Below are positions 32,501 through 45,700 of a DNA stretch of 64,000 nucleotides, piece by piece. The position numbers were made by a program, and so were the translations under genes. The stretch covers positions 2,418,001-2,482,000 of the forward strand of contig CM074817.1 in assembly GCA_037447605.1 (NCBI GenBank), read 5' to 3'. Under the pieces are notes generated by a model, which was not told the DNA's origin, made no database searches, and was given only the letters and a program-made list of their open reading frames with translations. Position 1 is the stretch's first letter. Each line of letters opens with the position of its first letter. This DNA is from Zygnema circumcarinatum SAG 698-1b. Lineage: Eukaryota > Plantae > Zygnematophyceae.

Positions 32501-35500
32501 AAACACATAAGGTCGAGTTTCCCGCATTGCTGAAGCCGGCGTTGCAGGTGCATGCAGGGACATTTTGGAAAGAGCAGAATCCGTTGCCGTTGCAGACTCC
32601 GCTCGGCTGATTTGCGCCGCAGAAGTTGGCGCACTCCTTGGCGGGTCGCTGAGCTCCGCTGTAGCACGCGGCGGAGGCTGCCGGAATTGTGAAGCAGTTG
32701 CCGGCTACAGCCACTCTGCAGAAGTCAGCGTTGTTGAAACCGACCTTCGGAGTCTCCGAAAGGTAATTTCCTGTAACGTCGATGTACACATCTGCAAATG
32801 CTTTGAAGCGGATCTGCAGTCGGCCTGTCAATAAGTTGTTGCGGAGGAGTCTGCACAGCACAAGTCGTGTTTCCGGCAGCTGATTAAGCATCAACTTGAA
32901 GGATAGATGTTTTACCCAAAGGTCCGTTAGTGCTACCAATGGTCATGAACTCAAAAGTCCATGTCCAGTTCACACATTAGATCATCCTTTCATGGAAGGC
33001 ACGATGTTGCGTAGTGAGGACGAAACCGAATGTCTCACATGCGTGCGGAATTTGTGAGGGAACCAATTGAAGTAGGAATGGCTCCGCTGAGACGATTAGA
33101 GGAGAGGTCCCTGCCATGCCATAACGCGGATTTGCTTAGAGCAGAAGCGGCATCCCGTGCATAGGCCAATGTCTGGCTTTACTCTTTAGTGTCCTCACGA
33201 GTTATCCCATGGACCCAAAACAAGGCAGGAGGGCTAACTTTACAAACCCTTAAGCAGCGAATCCCTCACAATCCTAAAAAATTATGTAGGGGGATGATAA
33301 AGGTTATTTGCTGACATGTACTCCAGGCTGGAGAGGCTTCCAATCGTTGCTGGAATGCTGCCGCCCAGCTGGTTGCGGCAGAGGCGGCTGTGGGGCCCAC
33401 AAGCATTATAAAGCAAGATATCAGCAGCTCTAATTCTACCTTATAATTGAGAACGTTTAATTATAAACGTCTTGCAATCTGTTGAAATACGATGACCAGA
33501 TATTCTAGAAACAGGCGTCAAGGAGAAGACCCTATGAACATAAAACTAGAGGCTGCAGACGGCTAAGCTTACAGATTTGTCAAGTTTGTGAGGTTTCCAA
33601 TTGAACTTGGAATCTCCCCTGTAAGGTCGTTACCGGACAGATCCCTGCAGACGAGGCAGAACACTGACTTGTAAGCGTGCATGATTCTCGGCAATAGGCA
33701 TGCACCGCTACGATGGATAATTTGAATAACACTTAATAGCTATTGCTCATGGCACATCGCTATTACGGAACATGCCAAAAATGTTTGGAAAGACTTACAA
33801 GCTTTTCAGGTTCACAAGCCGAAAGATGTCCGGCGGAATTACAGAGGTGAAGTAGTTTTCCGATAAGTCCCTGCCAGTCAAATGGCGGTTCACGGATTAA
33901 AATCGCAACGGAGAGGTGGCTGAATACAAAAAGTTCCACACCTGTACACGTGGCTCTTGTGAACTAAAGGTCAGATATGCATCAAGGAGGATTGTAAAAA
34001 CGAAGAACACGAAACGGAGAACACTCACAGTCGCTGAAGAGTGGTGATGCTTGTGATGGACGAAGAGATGACGCCAATAAGTGAAGACTCCTCCAAATTT
34101 CTGGCCACTCACGCAGGACAACGTAAGAATGGATTGAAAAAAAACGGTAGTGGAGAAGCTCTGCTATCCAAAATATGGCTCATTACAGGCTGGCGAGGGA
34201 GAAGCAGAGGCCGTACATGGAGACCACATTGCGGCGCGCGTCGCAGTCGACGCCGCGCCATTGGCAGAAGTTGGGCGTTGTGGCCACCCACGTGTCCAGC
34301 GCACCGGACGGGTCCGAAGTGATGCCGCTCTTGAACTGCAGGAGGGCGCTCACTACGGCAGTCGCTGCATGGGAAATGGAGACGAGTTTGAGGGAGGGGA
34401 CAAGCGAGAGAGATACGGCGATGGAGGACGATAAAGAGAACCTTCTCTCAATCATATTCAGTCGAATGACTGATCGGTCTTAATTGCTGATTTGCATTCG
34501 ATCCTCTGGTTAACTCACAACCCAATCGATTACAACTAGAACTTAAGGAGTACTAGGAGTACTAGGCTCTGTTTTTAGAAGTACTAAGTTNNNNNNNNNN
34601 TAGGAATGGCTCCGCTGAGACGATTAGAGGAGAGGTCCCTGCCATGCCATAACGCGGATTTGCTTAGAGCAGAAGCGGCATCCCGTGCATAGGCCAATGT
34701 CTGGCTTTACTCTTTAGTGTCCTCACGAGTTATCCCATGGACCCAAAACAAGGCAGGAGGGCTAACTTTACAAACCCTTAAGCAGCGAATCCCTCACAAT
34801 CCTAAAAAATTATGTAGGGGGATGATAAAGGTTATTTGCTGACATGTACTCCAGGCTGGAGAGGCTTCCAATCGTTGCTGGAATGCTGCCGCCCAGCTGG
34901 TTGCGGCAGAGGCGGCTGTGGGGCCCACAAGCATTATAAAGCAAGATATCAGCAGCTCTAATTCTACCTTATAATTGAGAACGTTTAATTATAAACGTCT
35001 TGCAATCTGTTGAAATACGATGACCAGATATTCTAGAAACAGGCGTCAAGGAGAAGACCCTATGAACATAAAACTAGAGGCTGCAGACGGCTAAGCTTAC
35101 AGATTTGTCAAGTTTGTGAGGTTTCCAATTGAACTTGGAATCTCCCCTGTAAGGTCGTTACCGGACAGATCCCTGCAGACGAGGCAGAACACTGACTTGT
35201 AAGCGTGCATGATTCTCGGCAATAGGCATGCACCGCTACGATGGATAATTTGAATAACACTTAATAGCTATTGCTCATGGCACATCGCTATTACGGAACA
35301 TGCCAAAAATGTTTGGAAAGACTTACAAGCTTTTCAGGTTCACAAGCCGAAAGATGTCCGGCGGAATTACAGAGGTGAAGTAGTTTTCCGATAAGTCCCT
35401 GCCAGTCAAATGGCGGTTCACGGATTAAAATCGCAACGGAGAGGTGGCTGAATACAAAAAGTTCCACACCTGTACACGTGGCTCTTGTGAACTAAAGGTC

Positions 35501-38500
35501 AGATATGCATCAAGGAGGATTGTAAAAACGAAGAACACGAAACGGAGAACACTCACAGTCGCTGAAGAGTGGTGATGCTTGTGATGGACGAAGAGATGAC
35601 GCCAATAAGTGAAGACTCCTCCAAATTTCTGGCCACTCACGCAGGACAACGTAAGAATGGATTGAAAAAAAACGGTAGTGGAGAAGCTCTGCTATCCAAA
35701 ATATGGCTCATTACAGGCTGGCGAGGGAGAAGCAGAGGCCGTACATGGAGACCACATTGCGGCGCGCGTCGCAGTCGACGCCGCGCCATTGGCAGAAGTT
35801 GGGCGTTGTGGCCACCCACGTGTCCAGCGCACCGGACGGGTCCGAAGTGATGCCGCTCTTGAACTGCAGGAGGGCGCTCACTACGGCAGTCGCTGCATGG
35901 GAAATGGAGACGAGTTTGAGGGAGGGGACAAGCGAGAGAGATACGGCGATGGAGGACGATAAAGAGAACCTTCTCTCAATCATATTCAGTCGAATGACTG
36001 ATCGGTCTTAATTGCTGATTTGCATTCGATCCTCTGGTTAACTCACAACCCAATCGATTACAACTAGAACTTAAGGAGTACTAGGAGTACTAGGCTCTGT
36101 TTTTAGAAGTACTAAGTTCTGTTTCCTTTTTTCCCTTTGAGTGTTGCACGCATATGGACATGTTGGGCTTTCACTCCTAGGCTAGCTCAAAACAAAGCTT
36201 CTTGTACCTGGAGGAGGTGGACGAACGGGAGAGAGGGCTGGTGATGAAGGAGACAGAGGAAGTGGGGGAGGAGGAGAAAAGGGAGAAGTTGGAGGGAGAT
36301 GAATGGGAGGGCGAGGACTGGGAGGACGAGCACTGAGAGGAGGCTGACTGGGAGGAGTACTGGGAGGAGGCGTACTGGGAGGAGGCCCACAGGGAGGAGG
36401 AGTACTGGGAGGAGGCCGACTGGGAGGAGGTCTAGGGGGAGGTGCATTTGATCCTGCACATACACCAAGCGCAAGATCAGACATTCCGCGAGACGCCCAT
36501 GTGTGTATGGCAATTCAACGAGCGTCCAATATGTTCGGAATTCTAAATCGTACACGCGTGAGCGAATCCCATCTGCAGCATGTGCCGGATAGCCTTCAAC
36601 GGCCGGCGGATGAGGTTACCTCTGATAAAAGAACGGTCTACATCTGATCCATATTTTCCACTTCAAAGAACAAGATCTCATGTCCTCGAATGCATTCTGT
36701 GGAGCGGGACTAACATAGAAGTTTGATTCTGGAACATGTTTACCTTTGGCACAAGTAAATTTACTGGATGTTGTGGCATAGCCTGAATCGCAGACGCATG
36801 TTGGGCGACCCGTAGTGTTTGAGCAGAGTCCGAAGCCGCCGCATGCACCGCCGGACTGAAGGGCGTTGCAAAATGCTGTGCACTCAGATACGTCCTTTTG
36901 TCCANNNNNNNNNNTGGCGGTTCACGGATTAAAATCGCAACGGAGAGGTGGCTGAATACAAAAAGTTCCACACCTGTACACGTGGCTCTTGTGAACTAAA
37001 GGTCAGATATGCATCAAGGAGGATTGTAAAAACGAAGAACACGAAACGGAGAACACTCACAGTCGCTGAAGAGTGGTGATGCTTGTGATGGACGAAGAGA
37101 TGACGCCAATAAGTGAAGACTCCTCCAAATTTCTGGCCACTCACGCAGGACAACGTAAGAATGGATTGAAAAAAAACGGTAGTGGAGAAGCTCTGCTATC
37201 CAAAATATGGCTCATTACAGGCTGGCGAGGGAGAAGCAGAGGCCGTACATGGAGACCACATTGCGGCGCGCGTCGCAGTCGACGCCGCGCCATTGGCAGA
37301 AGTTGGGCGTTGTGGCCACCCACGTGTCCAGCGCACCGGACGGGTCCGAAGTGATGCCGCTCTTGAACTGCAGGAGGGCGCTCACTACGGCAGTCGCTGC
37401 ATGGGAAATGGAGACGAGTTTGAGGGAGGGGACAAGCGAGAGAGATACGGCGATGGAGGACGATAAAGAGAACCTTCTCTCAATCATATTCAGTCGAATG
37501 ACTGATCGGTCTTAATTGCTGATTTGCATTCGATCCTCTGGTTAACTCACAACCCAATCGATTACAACTAGAACTTAAGGAGTACTAGGAGTACTAGGCT
37601 CTGTTTTTAGAAGTACTAAGTTCTGTTTCCTTTTTTCCCTTTGAGTGTTGCACGCATATGGACATGTTGGGCTTTCACTCCTAGGCTAGCTCAAAACAAA
37701 GCTTCTTGTACCTGGAGGAGGTGGACGAACGGGAGAGAGGGCTGGTGATGAAGGAGACAGAGGAAGTGGGGGAGGAGGAGAAAAGGGAGAAGTTGGAGGG
37801 AGATGAATGGGAGGGCGAGGACTGGGAGGACGAGCACTGAGAGGAGGCTGACTGGGAGGAGTACTGGGAGGAGGCGTACTGGGAGGAGGCCCACAGGGAG
37901 GAGGAGTACTGGGAGGAGGCCGACTGGGAGGAGGTCTAGGGGGAGGTGCATTTGATCCTGCACATACACCAAGCGCAAGATCAGACATTCCGCGAGACGC
38001 CCATGTGTGTATGGCAATTCAACGAGCGTCCAATATGTTCGGAATTCTAAATCGTACACGCGTGAGCGAATCCCATCTGCAGCATGTGCCGGATAGCCTT
38101 CAACGGCCGGCGGATGAGGTTACCTCTGATAAAAGAACGGTCTACATCTGATCCATATTTTCCACTTCAAAGAACAAGATCTCATGTCCTCGAATGCATT
38201 CTGTGGAGCGGGACTAACATAGAAGTTTGATTCTGAAACATGTTTACCTTTGGCACAAGTAAATTTACTGGATGTTGTGGCATAGCCTGAATCGCAGACG
38301 CATGTTGGGCGACCCGTAGTGTTTGAGCAGAGTCCGAAGCCGCCGCATGCACCGCCGGACTGAAGGGCGTTGCAAAATGCTGTGCACTCAGATACGTCCT
38401 TTTGTCCACTCCAGGGACAGGTGTCACTTGAAGACTCACCCAAACAGTTGGAAATCACAACCGGACACAATTCATATCCTAGTGAATAGAGAGTCAGTGG

Positions 38501-41500
38501 CTTTGCCATGAAGTTGTAACTGAAGTCAACAGACGGTACGACGCCTCCAAGGAAATTTATGGTTTCTGACCCCGTCAGAAGATTGTTGTTGACGTTCCTG
38601 TATTCCAGACACACTTTTCTTAGTCGCTTCCATACATCTCATGTCAAACGAAGGAAACGCGTATGTGTTGTTTAACCTGCAGTTGACGTCTCAGAAATGT
38701 GACACTTGCGAAGTTCCAGAGGTGGAGAATCACGCACTTGTCCATGAAGGATACGAAATAGCTGTAATGGTTTCAGCTTGTACTGTACGAGGCATTTTAC
38801 ATCATAACACAAGTCTCACCTTCACTTCTGGACTTTCACAGGCAAGTGCAGAAGCATCCTTTGGAAAATGATAAAATGTTGTCATCTATTTACTCACAAT
38901 TGGGCAAGGCTTCGGATGCTCCCAATAGTAGAAGGTATGATGCGTCCGAATTGGTTATACGATAAGTCCCTGCACCATAAACAGAGAAGTGAAAATGAGA
39001 ATTCACACCACACACGTCTGTCTTCAATGTCTTGCATGTCGAAGTAAGAACATCTGCGGCCCTTATACTATGAGGCTATTCAAGTTTTGAAGGATGTTCC
39101 TGGATTAGAAGAACATACAGATTCGCAAGCTTTGTGAAGTTTGCGATGCTTGCAGGTATCTGGTCGATGAAACTGTTATGGGAAACATTACTGCGCACAA
39201 AAAAGAATCAGACATTGCTCAAGCTTAGTCACTCTCAGTCACATAGGCATGCTTTTGGCGAGCGCATAGTGAACAAGTCTTTCAAAATAGACTGTCTGAT
39301 CCAGGAAAAGGACACATGTAGACTCCATGATGGTATGGTCAAAACAGGACAGGTCACGTGACGCCATTAGAAAAAATTGTATTTAAGAACATCTCGAAGG
39401 AATGGGATGCCTGGGACAGAGAAAGGGCCGGAAACAAAGGAATCGTCACTTTCTCAGAATTTTCAACATTGTGCGGTTAGATTCCATTTGAATTCAAGGC
39501 AAATTTTTTCCCAGTAAAGAAAAATATCAGAGACATACAACCAAGCTGGACGTAAATTTATTTGAGCCCTTGAGATTTATCAAGCAAGATTTGAGGACTC
39601 ACAGAGTGACGAGACTTGTCAAGTTTCCAACTGCGCCAGAGAAAAGGCTACCCGAAAATTTGTTGTAGGCCGTATTTCTGTACACAAGTTCTTAGGGCTT
39701 TAAGGGATGCTTTTAACGTTGCATGTTCCACTATGTGCCATGTCAACACTAAATAAATCATTCGTAAGCATACCTTTAAAACTTAACCAGCCCTTCAACA
39801 AGACTAGGGCCCTTCCCCGGATAGCGTCTATTTGCAACGACAATGCCCACATTACTTTTGGCCTTGATGACATCCAAAGAGGTCAGACTTCCCCTTTCGC
39901 TTACAGATATGTGAGCCTCTTCAGATCGCCAAATGCAGAAGGCAAATTGCCAGAAAACTGATTGCCATTGATTTTCCTACACGGAGCGAGTGAAGAAATC
40001 AACAACGTTTCGAGGTTGCGATGCTTGAAGACCAACAAAGTAAAACGGAGATTTCTGCCATCGGAAGCAATTACGAAGGACGAGAGCAGAAATAGCAAGA
40101 CGATGACAGAGCTGCTTGCCACCGCAGACACTACCAGGAGCCTGTCTTAAATGAGTACAATCTGCACATGAAGAAACCTTTGTTAAATTTGAGAACCTTT
40201 GATATGACACCTAATCATTTAGCGAGTGAAAAATTGGGAGTTTGACTGTAAAGGATGAGCGAAGGAAGTGTTCAATTCAGTAGTCTCTTTGACGTGGTGA
40301 AGTGCTGGTTCTGCACAAGCCTTACATGGTAGTGAGGTTGCGTAATGCTCCGATTTGTGGTGGCAAGACGCCACTCAGAAAGTTGTTCGACAAGTCCCTG
40401 CTCCCATTGACATGAGCAGGGCACCAATCAGCAAAGCAATAGAGCAAGCTCAAAACGACCTGAATGAAGAAATCCATTGCATAGTATAATGGTGATGTGC
40501 ACAGACTCACCTCAGGCCCTGTGGGGAGACTTTCTCAGATGAGACACAATCGACACAAATGAAGAAATCTTTGGAAATGTTGAGAACATTTTTATGCGAC
40601 ACCGAATGATTCAGCGAATGACAAGTTGAGTGTTGGACTGTCAAGCATAGCGCAGAGAGTGTGCTGTTGAGCTGTCTGTTTGACGTGCTAAAGTGTTGGT
40701 TCTGCACTGTCCTTACAAGTAAGTGAGGTTTTGTAATGTTGCGACTTGTGCTGGCCAGGGGCCAGTCAGATAGTTGGAAGACAAGTCCCTGCTCCCATTT
40801 CACATAAGCGGTGCACCAATAAGCACAGCAATAGGAAGAGTAACCGATCACCTGAATGAAGAAATTCAGTCCACATTTCAAATAGTGATGTGCGATTAGG
40901 AAGGTGAGGACATGAAAGTGCTTACTGAGAAACGAGAACTTTAAGGAATATAATGAAATTTGTCTAAAAGGAGAAGTAATCCTGAAGTATGAAAATAAAT
41001 GCATCAGTAAAAAGGAAATCGCTAAGTTTACATAAGAGATCACTAACTGAGGTAACGGACTTAACAAGGCGCCTCGTGCTCTCAAGAATGTTTTCGTTCC
41101 TTAGAGTTCATGAAGGGACTTTCGAGGGCATATAAGGGTTTGTTACGGGATAACTTTAAGTAACATATACGGTGCAACCGAATGCATCAAAATTTACAGG
41201 AATCAGTTATCTCAGTTGCTAGAAAGGCCTGAAAGTCGACTTGAGGAGCTTCATCTCTCTCTCTCTCTCCCCTCTCTCACTCTCTCTCTCTCACACTCTC
41301 AGGAGTGGCGGAGTGGGTGGCTGGCCGATCAAGACCTGCTTCATCGGCTTCACGCTCGTGTGGGCGGACATCAGACATGGTTAGTCCTCAAACAAGAACC
41401 ACTCCCAGTTAAGGGCTTCCATGTACAAAGAAATGGACATAATGCAAGGTCAGACCTTGAGGATCAGATATTATATATATCGTCAAAAGAACAGTGTTGG

Positions 41501-42700
41501 AAAACAGTTTGGTGAGGGATGGCGGGGAGAGTTCTGAAGAACCCATCGAGCAATAGGGGCAAGGAAAGGATCAGGATGCAGGCTTTGAGAATAGTCGACG
41601 TCATACAGATATTGAAGGCTTCGAAGGTTCCCTATTTGCGGAGAAATTGTTCCACCAGGACTACGTGCTGCAAGTGTCCTGCACATGGAGCCTGCCACTG
41701 CACGTAAGCACGATCATGGTTGAATGCATCACGTCGTTACGTTGACGTCAAGAATCAAGAAACACAATTTTTTACTTTGAAGGAATGCAGTCCTTTAAGC
41801 ACCTGGCGATGCAAGCAAGCATGCTCTCGAGAGATCATTCATTCCAAGTTTTCATTTACATGTGAGGACATGGGGCAAGGTAGAACAGCTCCCAATTCCT
41901 AATGTCTTCTTTGCATTCATTACACACGTATTGTCTACAGAAATGAACTTTTCCTCCTCATCCTTTTGGTCAGCACATGTGAACTACAAAGGCATATGTC
42001 TTCTGCTCATATGGACAAGTCGCGTTCAATGGTAGGTAGAGGATTTGTTTTTGAGGGGGTGCATAGCCTTCCCTCTGCATAAAATACATAAACTATATAC
42101 ATGAAATAAAATGAAAATAAGAAAAGGGTTGAATTTTCAAAATCTGACAAAGGGAATAAGCCCCCGCAAGTTTTCTATGTAGGTCCACCCCTGGCTGCAT
42201 GGCGCCGTGGCTGCCCGGTCCTTACATTGCAGTGATGCGTCCGTCTCCATTACATGCTACAAGGAGGTAGTTGTCGTCACACTGCGTATTTATGTCAAAG
42301 GAGTACCCATTTAAACCCAGGGTAGACACTATCGCATTCCAAGCGTTCCCTGCGCAGAAAAATTTAAACAAAAAACTTGCAGTGTGTTACCCGCTTCCCT
42401 CCTTCATGCGATCGTCGAAATGAGAGCAAACATCGCCAGGCGCTTGCAACGACCTTGTCTGCATCGACTATCGCTGCACTGGCTACCCCTAATACGGTAC
42501 CAGTGCAAGACCTGCACATGGAGTTCTATGTGGGTCTAGTTCAGTCCAACGGTGAGCGTGACAGCGAACAGCGCCATGGAGCCGCAAGCAGCGGATGCCT
42601 TACGGTCGTCGTCGTTCATCAACTGCCCCGCAACCCGCGGCGGTCCGGACAGTGTGCAGCAGAGCGCCACGAGGAAGAGCAGCATGGCGCCACGTGGCAT
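32501..42700 (-). CDS. Predicted secreted tandem double LRR-EGF protein with Pro-rich hinge (SP-LRRNT-7xLRR-cap/EGF-ProRich-LRRNT-5xLRR-cap/EGF), ~727 aa plus unresolved C-terminus
   Basis: Exons 42700-42604 (MPRGAMLLFLVALCCTLSGPPRVAG), 42349-42226, 41678-41607, 40788-40717, 40397-40326, 39976-39905, 39677-39603, 39190-39119, 38969-38898, 38597-38248, 37957-37712, 37396-37249, 37132-37061. After collapsing gap-flanking duplicates: 33870-33799, 33644-33573, 33387-33316, 33110-33039, 32850-32501. All GT-AG, phase-compatible, no stops. Confidence 0.75.
33073..36118. other. Apparently identical direct duplication 33073-34590 / 34601-36118 around a 10-N gap (probable contig overlap)
   Basis: Offset 1528; identical ORFs in the track. 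Confidence 0.85.
35411..38408. other. Apparently identical direct duplication 35411-36904 / 36915-38408 around a 10-N gap (probable contig overlap)
   Basis: Offset 1504; identical ORFs in the track. Confidence 0.85.
37712..37957 (-). CDS. Proline-rich hinge exon (PPPS-type, HRGP-like) linking the two LRR-EGF modules
   Basis: gtgcag|GA TCA AAT GCA CCT CCC CCT ... CCT CCT CCA G|gtacaa; 246 nt, phase 1-1. Confidence 0.75.
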
Positions 42701-45700
42701 GGTCCGCCTGGACGCGTGTCAGCAGGACAGGCTTGGAGGGTTTTGTCGTCTGGCCGCACGCCGAGAAGAGAGAGGAGGCAAAACCCTAAAGGGCCACCGC
42801 CGCCTCCTCGACACCGGAACTGCGGCAATGTACTGCGCAGGGCGGACCGTGGGATACCAACCGTCGGACGGTAATGGTTGGCAGACCAATGATGGATCCC
42901 AATCGCTGGGAACAGTTGCGAACGAATGGCTTTCAATGGTTGCGAACAGTGGCAATGGCCGATTCGGTCTTACGCCAATATTTCGCAACCTGTGGATGTG
43001 TCCTATTGTTGGCAACCACTGGCTGGAACAATCACCTAGAAAGCACGACGTCTTGTATGCCTTAAAGCAGAAACAGACTCACGTTTCGTATCCGATGGGA
43101 GCAACGAAGAAGTGCTTAAACCATGACCGCNNNNNNNNNNNNNNNNNNNNNNNNNNNNNNNNNNNNNNNNNNNNNNNNNNNNNNNNNNNNNNNNNNNNNN
43201 NNNNNNNNNNNNNNNNNNNNNNNNNNNNNNAAGGGATAGCCATAAGATTACTACGAAGATTTCCGTGGTCACGCCAGAAGGCATTTACATTACTCCTCGT
43301 GGAGGTCGCGGAACGCCGCTTCATCGGGAAAGTAATCTTATGCTCGGGCAGCGTAGTAAGAGGTATTCGCCTCTTCGTCATGCAAGCACGGGAGGCTCAC
43401 TGCTAATCCCGGCCATTGTCCTTCAGTAGCGGTGGACGTTCGAACCCCTACCGCCTCGCCACCGCCGCCTCGCTGCTTCTCCCGCAAGCATAATCTCGTG
43501 GAGCTCCTGTAATTTGCTCTATTGCTCATCGCTCCCAACAAGTACATGCTGCTCAACCCCATACTCAACCACATTTCACGAGATATTCGTGGCGGGAAGT
43601 CTGACCTCTACTCACAGTCCTGTGGGTTTGGATGGTCTCTACCTCATACTCGAGGTCACCCTCAACTTCCACTGGAGGGGGAGGTGGTTGGACTCTCCCA
43701 TCGCTGCGGTATGCCTTAAGAAGACCCACGTGAAAGACCGGATGCACTTTCATATGAGCCGCAGCCAACCTAAGTAGTTACTCACCGATTCGGGCTTCAC
43801 GCATCAAAAGGTCCCATGCGAAGTTTAGGCCACAACTTGCCGGTTCCGGCCAGAAGTCTTCAGCGCAGTTTCCTCGACGCTAAGCCACTAGCACTGGACG
43901 GGGCTACGCCGGGCGTTTTTCGCGGCAAAGCATCGACGACGACGCGATAAAGCTTCGCCGCTGACCGGCCGCTACTGTGGTCCGGGCTTTGCCCTTCAGA
44001 ATGCCTCTCGGACATTTTCCGAGTGAACGCACTAACTGCGGGAGGTTGACTCCCGCCAGATCCTCTCATGCCCCAAGGATCTGGGAGCCTGTGAACATCC
44101 ATGTTCCACACATCTGGCTGTTGATCTCTTGGCTGCAGGGGATTTAGAGGATGCTGACCAAAGTTCAAGAAGAAAGGAGTGGTACCGATTGATTCCTGGA
44201 ATGCATTATTAATGGCATACTCAGCCACCGGGAGCAGTTCATCCCATCCATCCGGGATGGGTCCCACATAATGCCTCAAATAGTCTTCTAGAATCCGGTT
44301 AACCCTCTCAGTTTGGCCATCTGTCTGAGGGTGGAAGGCTGTACTCATAGCCTGCTTAGTCCCGATAATCCGGAGGATTTCTTTCCAGAGTTGCCCTGTG
44401 AATCGGGTATCACGATCCGAGATGATCTCGTGATTGAAGTCCATGCCGACCTGCACCTTGTCAACATATAGCCGCAGCATCAGTTGGCCTCACGTTTTAG
44501 CAAAGGGTCGCAAAATGCACCATCTTGCCCGCCCCACACGCAGGATGGAGTCAAACTCCCAGCCGGCCACACAAAATCTGTGATTAAGTCCATACCCACA
44601 CTCTCCCACTTCCTGTAAGGAGGGGCGAGGGGCTGTAGCAAGCCAGGCACAGGTCCCGTGCGAGGCTTATCCCGCTGACAAGTTGGGCATGCGAGTACAT
44701 ACGCCTCCACATCCGCTGTAATTCCGGGCCACCAGAATTCTCGGAGCAGTGCTTCACGGGTTTTGGCAACGCCCATATGGCCTCTGTACGGAGGATCGTG
44801 CATCTCACTCAATATGAGCTGCCGTACAGATCCAGCCTTGGGTACGACTAACTGCTTGTCGTGGTACCAAAAACCGTCCTTGAGCACGAGCTTGTTCTTA
44901 TAGCCATTGCCTTGGCCGCCCAGAACAAAGTGCGATCACCAGTGTACCCTCCCCGAATCACCCGCCCCAAATCAGAGAGAGCAGAGGGCTGATCATACAC
45001 CGGGGAGGGTTTACACAAAAACATACCGAGATGTAAACGCCGGGTTGGCCGCCCCCTTCCCCACCCCACATCTGGCACCACCAACACTGAAGTCGACACG
45101 CATCATCCAGCAGATGAATGGGTTGTCAGCTTCAGTGGGTCCGCCACATTCAGCCTCCCGCTCAGATACCCACTTTGGGTAGCCGAAACCGCTGGAGGAA
45201 CTCGCCACCAATAAGTGTCACGCCGAAAAGAGTCCGGCTGAGTGGAGAGGAACGCTGAAGGACGGTGGTTCCCGTGATCAGCTGCGGATCGCCACCGCCT
45301 CCAAATAAAGAACGCCATGTCCTCGGCGTGAACAACGCCAAGAGCCCTCGCCTGCGGGTCGGTATAGTTTCGCCACCGGGTTCATCTTGGCGCATTGCAG
45401 GGTTAAGAGGTTGGTCGCCTTGGAACAAGACCGCACCCAAAGCGAACCCCGAAGCGTCACATACCACTTCATATGGTAACCGCGGATCAGCCAACCTCAA
45501 CGTAGGTGCTGTCACAAGCGCATGTCTAACACCATCAAATGCCGTCTGGCACTCTGGTGTCCATGCATACGCGACACCGGAACGTGTCAAATTGGTAAGA
45601 GGTGTTACCAACTTACTAAAGCCTTGGATAAACTTACGAAAATAATTCGCAAATCCAAGAAAAGACCGCGAATCGATGAAGATCACCGGCCACCTTATGT

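Noticed and set aside
38085-38110. Small extra exon between EGF1 and the Pro-rich exon
   Set aside because: Not needed for frame; it gives a stop here and differs by 1 nt from the paralogous site at ~56720-56750
33073-38408. Three genuine tandem copies of the LRRNT2/LRR exons (Dscam-like alternative cassettes)
   Set aside because: Copies look identical including introns and each abuts a 10-N gap; assembly overlap is more parsimonious
41170-41260. LRR-like peptide on the plus strand (IYRNQLSQLL..LEELHL), conserved at ~51440 and ~59660
   Set aside because: Lies in a conserved intron, the motif is not kept in the paralogs, and the minus-strand exon reading hits a stop
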